A DNA stretch of 20,382 nt from Limisphaerales bacterium (GTDB lineage Bacteria > Verrucomicrobiota > Verrucomicrobiia > Limisphaerales > SIBE01): contig JBGAIN010000015.1 in the NCBI GenBank assembly GCA_044225505.1, positions 62,001 through 82,382 of the forward strand. Reading direction: 5' to 3'. Positions 1 through 7,868 of the stretch are shown one piece after another. Each line of letters begins with the position of its first letter. Position 1 is the first letter of the stretch. Position numbers and translations under genes: made by a program. A model generated the notes under the pieces. It was given only the letters and a program-made list of their open reading frames with translations, was not told where the DNA came from and searched no databases.

Positions 1-399
1 GCGCGCTTTCTCGGGGTAGTTATCCTGGTAGATCTGCGTCAGAAGCGGAATGATGGCCGCGGAGGCGGTTAAGCCCAAAATACTGCCCAACACGAACACG
101 GGAAGAACCGGAAACAGGGCCATGACGATGCAACAGACCGCTCCGGCGCGCGCGATGCGGGAGGCGGCAAGGGCTGCTGGCCATCCGAGCCGAGCCACCA
201 GAGAGACTACCACCGGCGACAACATCAGCCCTACGCTGCCTCCGCCCGCAACCAACGCCTTGGCGGTGGCGCCTGCTTGGAACCAACGCACCGCCGCTAG
301 CAGGAAAAAGGTTGTGCCCGCCGTTTCCAGAATTCCGCTCGAGACCGCCCGCCACTTTTCAAAGCGGTAAGTTCGTGCGGTTTGGGCTTGGGCAAACAC
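1..399 (-). CDS. MFS transporter, N-terminal part (runs off left edge)
   Basis: Not in ORF track. Manual minus-strand translation from GTG at 399 is open to position 1: MFAQAQTARTYRFEKWRAVSSGILETAGTTFFLLAAVRWF...GSILGLTASAAIIPLLTQIYQDNYPEKAR. About four hydrophobic helices and the MFS-like TM4-TM5 loop (NYPEKAR). In-frame TAA just upstream limits the start. Confidence 0.8.
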   Translation of the reverse strand, partial: MFAQAQTARTYRFEKWRAVSSGILETAGTTFFLLAAVRWFQAGATAKALVAGGGSVGLMLSPVVVSLVARLGWPAALAASRIARAGAVCCIVMALFPVLPVFVLGSILGLTASAAIIPLLTQIYQDNYPEKAR

Positions 400-558
400 G
401 GCCTCACATTAACGACCACATCCTGTTGCGCACGATCAAAGTGGGATAGGTCGCCGGGGATGACCTAGGCCGGGGCAAATCTTGAATGAGAGCTAAACGC
501 TCTCAAACCGAGGCCCATCCGGGTGTCTCATCCGTTAACCTTAATGACATTGAGTTGG

Positions 559-578
559 TTGGAGACAATTGTCTCCAA
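559..578. repeat. 20-bp perfect palindrome TTGGAGACAATTGTCTCCAA
   Basis: Read directly; near-identical copy at 14823-14842. Confidence 0.9.
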
Positions 579-930
579 ACGCGGCTCACCTGCTGGCTGT
601 GCAACCTTTGGGGCTTTGGCGCAACGCCCAGCCTTCGAGTCGATCGAGCCGTTGTGAGGCGAGGTCGCTTTCAACCTGATTTGGTGGGGAAGGTTGCCCG
701 AATGGGGGGACACGTACCTGAGCGGGATCAGTTGTTGCCTGACGCGGCTCACGGCCTGGCGTCGGTTTCGGCTTGCACTGGTCAGGTCCAGGGCTTGAGT
801 CGGTCGGACAGCCTTTCACCTGCCCAGAGCCTTCCCAGAACCTGCTTTGCACTGATTGACATGGCGTTGCCGAGAGCGTTAGCCTCAGGGATCATGAATT
901 CCGGGTGCGGAGTTTGCTGGCTTTTCCTCC

Positions 931-946
931 ATCAGCAATTGCTGAT
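931..946. repeat. 16-bp perfect palindrome ATCAGCAATTGCTGAT
   Basis: Read directly; same CAATTG centre. Confidence 0.85.
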
Positions 947-1084
947 CCGGCTGTAACTAACTCGGATTTAGATATCAAAAAGGAGTCTTTGGGAATTTTT
1001 ACCAACGGCGCAGCTTTGCCAGATTCACGCGCCACCTTTGCAGAAACGTTTGCCGGCGCGCGGTCGTGGAAATGTCTCCCAGGT

Positions 1085-1102
1085 CGTCCACAATTGTGGA
1101 CG
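1085..1102. repeat. 18-bp perfect palindrome CGTCCACAATTGTGGACG
   Basis: Read directly; right arm TTGTGGACG recurs at 20052-20060. Confidence 0.85.
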
Positions 1103-1511
1103 CGGTCGCAACACATATGGCCGCAATGAGTTCGGGCGCCGCGTACATCGGTAACCTCACAAAACGGGTCGCCGCGGTTTACGCCGCTGGTGCAAAAAAG
1201 TCACCAAATCCGGGGCGGAATCTCGAGCCGACGTCAAAACACAATCCCGCAACGCGCGACCGATGGCAACCAGGTCGTTTTCAGCTGCTGACGAGAATAC
1301 TTGGGAATCTTTGCCGGCGCGGGTTGCCGGTCCGTTTCATGGAACCAATAAGGTGTGCCGAAAGGCGAGTGCAACCGCTCGATTCGCGCGCCCTCACGCT
1401 CTCGAGTAAACAGCGCTCGGAGTGGCGCGAGGTTCCCAGGTCGCGATGCCAGAGACGGCGTATTGCGGTAGGCAGGGCTTGGCCTCGAAGACTGTGTCAA
1501 AGAATGGAGTG

Positions 1512-1595
1512 GTAGCGACCGAGTGCAATGAACGGCGGGAGGCCGCCCTGAAGGATGTCGACGACGATTGTCCCTCCGTCATTGACTCGGGCTGC
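1512..1595. repeat. Long imperfect inverted repeat, GTAG-type REP doublet (REPIN-like)
   Basis: Left arm GTAGC-GA-CCGAGT-G-CAATGA-A-CGG-C-GGGA (1512-1540) pairs with TCCC-T-CCG-TCATTG-ACTCGG-GCTGC (1571-1595) around a 30-nt loop. Starts with GTAG and ends with CTGC (degenerate CTAC). Confidence 0.6.
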
Positions 1596-1625
1596 TCGCT
1601 TGAGCTGCAAAGCGCGAGGATCTGT

Positions 1626-1655
1626 TTGATTGTTGCCGTCGTGAGGGGATACTTT
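1626..1655 (+). promoter_or_regulatory. Putative sigma70 promoter of the aldehyde dehydrogenase
   Basis: TTGATT-N18-TACTTT, ending 28 nt before ATG 1684. Confidence 0.3.
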
Positions 1656-1683
1656 GGCACGAACGTTTTGGGCAACCATCGCC

Positions 1684-3141
1684 ATGCATACTCAACAGAA
1701 TTTCATCGGAGGCCAGTGGGTCGCCGCGAAGTCGGGTCGCACTTTCAAGAACGTCAACCCGGCTGACACAAGACAACCTGTCGCGGAATACCCGCTAAGC
1801 GGGAAGGAAGAGGCGGTGGCGGCCATTGAAGCGGCCCGCCAAGCGTTCCCGGCGTGGAGCGCCCAGACGCCAGTGGCGCGGGGTCGGATTCTGAGCAAAG
1901 CGTCGCAGATCCTGGAGGGGCGCAAGGCGGCGCTGAGCGAAGCGTTGACCCGCGAAGAAGGCAAAACATTGGCCGAAAGCACGGGCGAAGTGCAGCGGGC
2001 CATTGATATCTTCCGGTTTTTTGGAGGGCTGAGTTACACGTTGGGAGGACAAACCATTCCTCACGACTTGCCGAACAACCTCCTCTACACGGTGCGCCAA
2101 CCTCTGGGCGTGGTCGCGTTGATCACACCGTGGAATTTTCCGATCGCCATTCCAGCTTGGAAGTTGGCTCCGGCGCTGATCTCCGGGAATACGGTCGTTA
2201 TGAAGCCGGCGTCGCAGGCGCCAGGAATGACTCTCGAACTTGCCCGCGCCTTGCATGAAGCGGGGTTGCCCGCCGGGGTGCTTAATGTGGTGGTGGGCGA
2301 TGGCCGAACGGTCGGACAGGAGTTCGCGACGAATCCCCGGGTGGTAGCGCTCTCGTTTACTGGGTCCTATGCCGTAGGCCACGGCGTCTATCAACAACTC
2401 GCCGCGCGCATGGCCCGCGCTCAGATGGAGATGGGAGGCAAGAACCCGACGATCGTGCTGGCCGACGCCGATCTGGATTTGGCGGCGACTTTAGTGGCGA
2501 AAGCGGGTTTTGGGCTCACTGGCCAGGCGTGCACGGCGACCAGCCGCGCGATCGTTGACCGCAGTGTGCTTGAGCCGTTTACCGAACGACTGGTGGCTAA
2601 AGCGAAAGCGTTGCGCGTGGGGAACGGAATGAGCTCAGGTGTCGAGATGGGACCGGCGGTGAGTGAAGCTCAGCTCGCGGGCAATTTGAAATATGTGCAG
2701 GAAGCGGTAGCCGATGGGGCGAAACTCTTGTGTGGCGGTGAACGGCTCACGGACGGCGACATGGCTCACGGCTATTTTATGGGCGCCACGGTGCTCCGCG
2801 ACGTGCGCAGCTCGATGAAGATTGCGTGCGAAGAGGTCTTTGGACCGGTGGTCGCAGTCATGGAAGCGAGCGGATTCGAAGACGCTCTGGCCATCGCGAA
2901 CAGTGTCGATGTGGGACTTTCCGCTTCCGTCGTCACCCGGGACTTCAAGAAAGCGATGCTTTACGCCGAAAAGATCGAAGCGGGAGTCGTCAAAGTGAAC
3001 CAAATTTCCACGGGGCTCGCGCTCCAAGCTCCCTTCGGCGGAGTCAAACGGTCCAGCACCGATTCGTTCAAAGAGCAGGGAGCGGGCGCGATCGAGTTTT
3101 ATACGAAAATTAAGACGGTCTACCTCGATTACTCAGCGTGA
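1684..3141 (+). CDS. NAD(P)-dependent aldehyde dehydrogenase, probably alpha-ketoglutaric semialdehyde dehydrogenase (YcbD-like) subfamily
   Basis: ITPWNFP, KPAS, FTGS, catalytic Glu in EMGGKNP, catalytic Cys in GQACTA, EEVFGPV, PFGGVKRS. ATG 1684 (MHTQQNFIGGQW) preferred to TTG 1654. Substrate is inferred. Confidence 0.93.
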   Translation: MHTQQNFIGGQWVAAKSGRTFKNVNPADTRQPVAEYPLSGKEEAVAAIEAARQAFPAWSAQTPVARGRILSKASQILEGRKAALSEALTREEGKTLAESTGEVQRAIDIFRFFGGLSYTLGGQTIPHDLPNNLLYTVRQPLGVVALITPWNFPIAIPAWKLAPALISGNTVVMKPASQAPGMTLELARALHEAGLPAGVLNVVVGDGRTVGQEFATNPRVVALSFTGSYAVGHGVYQQLAARMARAQMEMGGKNPTIVLADADLDLAATLVAKAGFGLTGQACTATSRAIVDRSVLEPFTERLVAKAKALRVGNGMSSGVEMGPAVSEAQLAGNLKYVQEAVADGAKLLCGGERLTDGDMAHGYFMGATVLRDVRSSMKIACEEVFGPVVAVMEASGFEDALAIANSVDVGLSASVVTRDFKKAMLYAEKIEAGVVKVNQISTGLALQAPFGGVKRSSTDSFKEQGAGAIEFYTKIKTVYLDYSA

Positions 3142-4473
3142 GGCAGTGGCGTTCTTGCCGATGCAGAAGATCTGTTTGGTCGTTCGGATAAACAGGTTTC
3201 CATCCGAAATCGCAATACTGGACCGAACATTAGCATCTTCCTCGTCGCCCATGGCGGTCGAGGAGAGCAGTTTGAACGTGTCCTCGGCGCCGACCACAAA
3301 CACCTGAGCTTTGTGGTCGATCAGGTAGATCTTGCCGCCCGCCGCGGTGGGAGACGCTTCAAACTTCGCCTTGGTATCGAGCGCATTGCTCCACAGGACT
3401 CGGCCGGTGGCAGGTTCAACGCACGACAGGACGCGCCGGTCACTGTTGAGAATATAGAACCGATCTCGGTAGAATAGAGGCGTGGAAACGTCGGAAGAGA
3501 CGTCACGGTCTTTGCTCACCCAGGCCAAGGCGGAATCATCCAGAGTTCCATGCAACCCAGCCTTGATCGCGTAAATCGGTGAACCTTTCGGAGCGCACGC
3601 CAGGACCACGCCGCCGCCGCCGACTGGCGACGTGACCATGCGCCAATGAGTGATCTTGGTAGGATTCCAGGTTCCCCAGCGCCAAAGTTCTTTTCCGGTC
3701 TCGATATCGTTACCGGTGATACAGTCGCCTCCGAGCATTAGCAGTTCCTCGCGATCGCCATGTTGGAATATGACAGGTGAACTGAACGCCTCACGAGATT
3801 CCTGACGCGCGGCGGAAGGCCGCACTTGCTTCCATATTTCTTGGCCGTTGGCTGGGTCCAAAGCGAGTAAATACGGATCGTTGGGACCATCCGTGCGTCC
3901 TCGTCCGTTGACCGGGACGTCGCGCTGCAAGACTTGAATGTAGAGCTTATCCTTGTGGAGCAGGGGACTGGCAGAGAACGTCCAAAGAAACGCGAATTGT
4001 CCATAGTCTTTTTGAATGTTTCGAGACCAGAGCTTCGTCCCGGCGAAATCGTAGGCGAAAAGGTCTCCTGTGCCGTAGAAAAAGAATACCCGTTTCCCAT
4101 CCGTTGTTGGCGACGCTGAGGCAAAGTTACTGCGGTCGTCCTTACTAATGCCTGAAGCGACCTCGTGTTGCCAAAGGACTTTGCCATCTCCTCGATCCAG
4201 GCAAAGCGCGACCAAGGTCTTCTTTTGCAGGTCTGTGGAACTGATAAAGAGGTGTTTGCCCCACACGATCGGAGTGGCTGCTGCAGGTCCCGGCAAGGGA
4301 GCAGTCCAAAGCACGTTTTCGGTTCGGCTAAAGGTGTCGGGGGCTGTGGTTTCTGAACTGGCACCGTTGAACTGCGATCCTCGCCAGTGGGGCCAGGGAT
4401 CCGCAGCGAGTTGAGAAGTTGCAAAGTGGCCGAAAACACAGGCACAGAGCAAAAGCAGGAATCGAAGGTGCAT
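3133..4473 (-). CDS. Exported PQQ-binding-like (BamB-type) beta-propeller repeat protein
   Basis: Signal peptide MHLRFLLLLCACVFGHFATSQLAA, then DPWPHWRG and repeated SP/TP ... A.D..G..LW blades typical of the PVC-expanded family. ATG 4473 preferred. 3' end overlaps the aldehyde dehydrogenase by 9 nt. Confidence 0.88.
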   Translation of the reverse strand: MHLRFLLLLCACVFGHFATSQLAADPWPHWRGSQFNGASSETTAPDTFSRTENVLWTAPLPGPAAATPIVWGKHLFISSTDLQKKTLVALCLDRGDGKVLWQHEVASGISKDDRSNFASASPTTDGKRVFFFYGTGDLFAYDFAGTKLWSRNIQKDYGQFAFLWTFSASPLLHKDKLYIQVLQRDVPVNGRGRTDGPNDPYLLALDPANGQEIWKQVRPSAARQESREAFSSPVIFQHGDREELLMLGGDCITGNDIETGKELWRWGTWNPTKITHWRMVTSPVGGGGVVLACAPKGSPIYAIKAGLHGTLDDSALAWVSKDRDVSSDVSTPLFYRDRFYILNSDRRVLSCVEPATGRVLWSNALDTKAKFEASPTAAGGKIYLIDHKAQVFVVGAEDTFKLLSSTAMGDEEDANVRSSIAISDGNLFIRTTKQIFCIGKNATASR

Positions 4474-4612
4474 AAGTGATTTAAACCGGTGCTCACACTC
4501 ATAGCCCAGCGAACGGCGCAAGACAAGGGCTAGTCCGAGAATTACGGTCGAGGAAGAAATGAGGGCAAAACTCTTCCGGAAGGATTAACTCATGAGATAA
4601 AGACCCGTTCGA

Positions 4613-5641
4613 TCAAGAGCGGCGCCACCAACTGCGTGGGCCAGCGGGTCGCCCTTGAGGCGGCTCGGTTCGAGCCTGATTGCGCAATTGGCTTACGAGC
4701 AACTGGCTGCGTGCCGCGGTCAACGCCATGATAAATTCGTCGTAGCTCTGATATCGTTCCGTCGGATTCTTCGCCATGGCGCGAACTAATGCTTCGCTGG
4801 TATGCGCGGTGACGGAAGGAACGACCAAGTGAGGCGGCGTCAAGGGCGTGTGAATATGGGCAGCGATCACTTCGTCGATACTGGGAGCTTCAAAGGGGAC
4901 GTGCCCTGTCAGCGCATGGTAAAGAGTGCCAGCCAAACTGTACATGTCGGAGAGGAAATCTTCGCGTTCGCGTTTGATTTTCTCCGGTGCAATATAGTAA
5001 GGCGTGCCCCAGACCGCCTCTTCTTGGAGGTCGGCTTCGACTTTCCGGGCCAGGCCGAAGTCGATCAATTTGGGATCTCCATCGGCATTAAAGAGAATGT
5101 TGCCTGGCTTAATGTCGCGATGGATGATGTTCCGTTTCAGGGCCGCGGCCAGAGCCGAGGCGACTTGAATGCCGATGTCCAAAACGTCGAGCTCAGGCAC
5201 GCGCTGTTCACGTTCGATTCGATTATCCAAGCTCCCGCAATCGGCCAACTCCATGACCAAGTATCTCTCGCCATCCGATTCGTCGAAGGTGTAAATATGG
5301 ATGATGTTCGTGTGATTGAGCGAGGCGCACGAACGAGCTTCGTGATAAAAGTTCTCCAACCCTTTAGGGTCTTCCGCCACGCCGCGTTTCATCAATTTCA
5401 CAGCGACTTCTCGCTGGAGTGTGGTGTCAAAAGCGCGATAGACCGTTCCCATACCGCCCGAGGCGATGGGCATGAGCAGTTCAAACTGCCTCAGCCTCAG
5501 CGGCATCATGAGAGGGTAACTGCACTTCGTGCACGGCACGGTGGAAAGTGGTGCCAGTTCACCAGGAATGAACACCTTGGCGCTACAGCCTCCGCATGTC
5601 ACCATGCGCAGGGGTTTGCGAGCTTCGGTCGACACAGACAT
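4613..5641 (-). CDS. Hanks-type Ser/Thr protein kinase with N-terminal Zn-ribbon
   Basis: ASGGMGTVY, VAVK, HRDIKPGN, DFGLAR, GTPYYIAPE, SDMYSL. N-terminal CGGC...CTKC. ATG 5641 chosen because a promoter-like motif lies just upstream. Confidence 0.92.
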   Translation of the reverse strand: MSVSTEARKPLRMVTCGGCSAKVFIPGELAPLSTVPCTKCSYPLMMPLRLRQFELLMPIASGGMGTVYRAFDTTLQREVAVKLMKRGVAEDPKGLENFYHEARSCASLNHTNIIHIYTFDESDGERYLVMELADCGSLDNRIEREQRVPELDVLDIGIQVASALAAALKRNIIHRDIKPGNILFNADGDPKLIDFGLARKVEADLQEEAVWGTPYYIAPEKIKREREDFLSDMYSLAGTLYHALTGHVPFEAPSIDEVIAAHIHTPLTPPHLVVPSVTAHTSEALVRAMAKNPTERYQSYDEFIMALTAARSQLLVSQLRNQARTEPPQGRPAGPRSWWRRS

Positions 5642-5650
5642 TACAGGGAA

Positions 5651-5678
5651 ACCATACCACTTCGTCTCCTGAGGACAA
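5651..5678 (-). promoter_or_regulatory. Putative sigma70 promoter (extended -10) of the kinase
   Basis: Minus strand TTGTCC-N16-TATGGT with TGn before the -10; only 9 nt before the ATG. Confidence 0.45.
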
Positions 5679-5911
5679 GATTGGAGATGGGAATGCCTCC
5701 GGGGGCATGGCTGCGACGCGGTTCGCACGCGATTTGTGAGTTGGGCGGAAGGTGGCGCGCCCGTGGCGCGGCAATCAAAGTTGCCAAGTGCCGACGAAGT
5801 CGTCGGGAGGTATGGCGTGGGCAAGGTGTTGGGAGTGAGGCGCTGATTCGCCGAAGGCAGAGCGACTCTGGAATCCCGCTTGGCAGGGAGGGGAATCTTG
5901 CCTATCTATGC

Positions 5912-6439
5912 ATGGTGTCCTGCTTTCTCAGAGTGACTGGGATAATGAATGCGGCCGTCTGGTTTGGGTCAGCATTCTTTTTCCTGACAATGGTCTGGCC
6001 GGGGTTTTCCTCGAGAGAAATGCTAGAGATCCTACCACGGTCGCATTCAGGTGCGGCGGCGCAGATTATCCTGGAACGGTATTTTGTTTTGCATTATTGC
6101 TGTAGTGGGATTGCGCTGTGCCAGCTTGTGCTAGAGTGGCTTTATGCGGGCAAACCACTGCACCGCTGGCCGCTTTATTTAGTGATTAGTCTGCTCGTTA
6201 TCGGATTGTCGAATGGACTTTCGGTGGAGCCGCGGATCAAGAGGCTCCATTTGGAGCTCTACGGAGTCCGATCTACTCCTCAGCAGCGAGAATTTGCTGC
6301 GCGGTCGTTGCGGACTTGGCATAGCGTTCTGTCTTTCTCGAGTGGACTGCTGCTGGTTGGACTAGGGGTGTATATTTGGGAGATGTCCGGAGTTGCAGGC
6401 GCGCCGCGGTTCGCCTCCGCGGGGAAATTCAGGGGTTGA
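5912..6439 (+). CDS. DUF4149/TMEM205-like membrane protein
   Basis: Last 175 aa of track ORF 4802..6439: four hydrophobic segments, AVWFGS..F, G..AQ.IL.RYF, and a late H (TWHS) pattern. Confidence 0.7.
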   Translation: MVSCFLRVTGIMNAAVWFGSAFFFLTMVWPGFSSREMLEILPRSHSGAAAQIILERYFVLHYCCSGIALCQLVLEWLYAGKPLHRWPLYLVISLLVIGLSNGLSVEPRIKRLHLELYGVRSTPQQREFAARSLRTWHSVLSFSSGLLLVGLGVYIWEMSGVAGAPRFASAGKFRG

Positions 6440-6510
6440 CAAACAACGTATCGTAAGTGTCTGTAATTGTTGAATAGTGCAAGGCTGCAAGGCCCATCTG
6501 AATTAGCCGT

Positions 6511-6816
6511 ATGATATCGAACGAACGTCCATCACCTTTCGGACATAGACCTCATCAGCACTCGGTGCAGAAGCCGACGGTTGTTGAGGAAACCATCAAG
6601 AGCGACAAAATCCAAATTGAACGAAAAACTTTCGTATTTACGCTGAAGGAAAATCCGCGCGGGCGCTTTTTGCGCATTACAGAAGATGTGAATGGCCGTC
6701 GTGATACCATCATCATCCCGACCACCGGTTTAGAGGAGTTCCGGCGCCTGTTCGACGACATGGTCAAGACATCCAACGAGACTCCAGTCAAAGCGCCCGC
6801 GGCTCACGAACAGTAA
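6511..6816 (+). CDS. Single-repeat PUR (PurA/DUF3276-type) ssDNA/RNA-binding protein
   Basis: SDKIQIERKTFVFTLKENPRGRFLRITE...RDTIIIP..GLEEF matches the PUR repeat pattern. Confidence 0.85.
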   Translation: MISNERPSPFGHRPHQHSVQKPTVVEETIKSDKIQIERKTFVFTLKENPRGRFLRITEDVNGRRDTIIIPTTGLEEFRRLFDDMVKTSNETPVKAPAAHEQ

Positions 6817-6876
6817 TGGTTTTTTCTGGTTCGTTCGCTATGGCCGCGACCATTCCGTTGCGAAATTTCGAGTGTC

Positions 6877-7260
6877 TTAGCTCGCTGCTTCGCTTTGGGC
6901 CCTCGCGGCCGCCTTCTTCCGAATTCTAACTCTGGGCGCATCGCTCCAGAGTCCCTCCAGATCGTAGTGCTGTCTGACTTCCGTTCGCATCACGTGCACG
7001 ATGACGTCGAAGTAATCCAAAACCACCCAGGAAGTGGGTAACGTCCCGTCAGTGGCCCGGGGCTCCAATCCGAATTCTTCCTCGAGGCGCTCTCGAATTG
7101 CGTCCACAATCGCACGGAGATGCGGTTCGCTCGTCCCGGTTGCCAACACAAAATAGTCTGTGATCGAGGAAATGTTTCGAACATCCAGGACGACGATATC
7201 TTCCGCCTTCTTGGAATCCGCTAGTTCACGACAGTGCAGCGCCAGTTGTCTCGCTTCCAT
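6877..7260 (-). CDS. rsfS: Ribosome silencing factor (Iojap family)
   Basis: KKAEDIVVLDV, TDYFVLATGTS, WVVLDYFDVIVHVM, R.HYDLEGLW; downstream of nadD as usual. ATG 7260 preferred. Confidence 0.95.
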   Translation of the reverse strand: MEARQLALHCRELADSKKAEDIVVLDVRNISSITDYFVLATGTSEPHLRAIVDAIRERLEEEFGLEPRATDGTLPTSWVVLDYFDVIVHVMRTEVRQHYDLEGLWSDAPRVRIRKKAAARAQSEAAS

Positions 7261-7287
7261 GCTGTGAAAAAGATCGCGCAAAGCCCT

Positions 7288-7863
7288 TTAAAGATAAAGC
7301 CGATAAATGCGAATCGCTTCGGCTACGGAGTGGGGAACGAGCCATTCGATGCTTTGTCCGAGTCGAATGCGCTCGCGAATCTGCGATGCGGACACGTCCA
7401 ACGCCCACCCTTGGAGGTAACGGCCACGGAACGGGGGTGGCAATGCGACAGCGAGTTCTCCTGGGCGCGGAATGACAGCAAACTTCACCAAGGCGGCCAG
7501 TTCTCCGGCAGATCTCCATTTGGGGAGCAGTTGTGCATGGTCTCCTCCAATTAAAGACCAGAGCTCAACGCCAGGGAAGCGCGCGGCGTAGTCCCGAACC
7601 GTGTCAATGGAATAGGAAATCCCGCCTCGTGAGATCTCTTGAAGGTCAATCTGGCATTGGGTTTGCCCGGCTAACGCCAATCGCAACAGACGGAGCCTTT
7701 CTCCGGCAGGGGCCAGGTGGCTCTCCGGCTTAAACGGAGACTGGGCTGCTGGAATAAAAAAGAGTTGCGCCAGCTCCAATTCTTGCAAGGCCGCTTGAGC
7801 GACGAGCATGTGCCCAGTATGAATTGGGTTGAACGATCCGCCGAATAAACCGATCCGATTCAT
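7288..7863 (-). CDS. nadD: Nicotinate-nucleotide adenylyltransferase
   Basis: IGLFGGSFNPIHTGH, PAAQSPFK, SYSIDTV, IGGD, VSASQIR. ATG 7863, 5 nt after the cstA stop. Confidence 0.95.
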   Translation of the reverse strand: MNRIGLFGGSFNPIHTGHMLVAQAALQELELAQLFFIPAAQSPFKPESHLAPAGERLRLLRLALAGQTQCQIDLQEISRGGISYSIDTVRDYAARFPGVELWSLIGGDHAQLLPKWRSAGELAALVKFAVIPRPGELAVALPPPFRGRYLQGWALDVSASQIRERIRLGQSIEWLVPHSVAEAIRIYRLYL

Positions 7864-7868
7864 ACCCT

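Noticed and set aside
20..370. Track ORFs 20..355 (-) and 50..370 (+)
   Set aside because: Shadows of the MFS gene encoded in another minus-strand frame.
781..789. GTCAGGTCC resembling SRP RNA helix 8
   Set aside because: Not followed by GGAAGGAAGCAGC.
779..880. Cobalamin-riboswitch-like words on the minus strand (CTGGGAAGGC ... AAGCC..GACCTG)
   Set aside because: The upstream GGGAA-GGTG-AATCC and GCCACTG elements are not found; an Rfam cmscan hit would be needed.
1655..1670. Sigma54-like TGGCACG upstream of the aldehyde dehydrogenase
   Set aside because: The -12 GC is absent (TTTT instead of TTGC).
486..1776. Track ORFs of 62-156 aa in the large spacer
   Set aside because: No recognisable motifs, mutually overlapping, atypical composition, and they run through palindromes.
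5642..5824. 61-aa N-terminal extension of the kinase
   Set aside because: Crosses the putative promoter and palindromic spacer; no protein-like features.
4802..5911. N-terminal 370 aa of the 545-aa plus-strand ORF
   Set aside because: Antisense shadow of the kinase plus spacer; the real gene starts near 5912.
6436..6469. Perfect TTGACA upstream of the PUR gene
   Set aside because: No acceptable -10 box at 16-18 nt spacing, and it overlaps the upstream stop codon.
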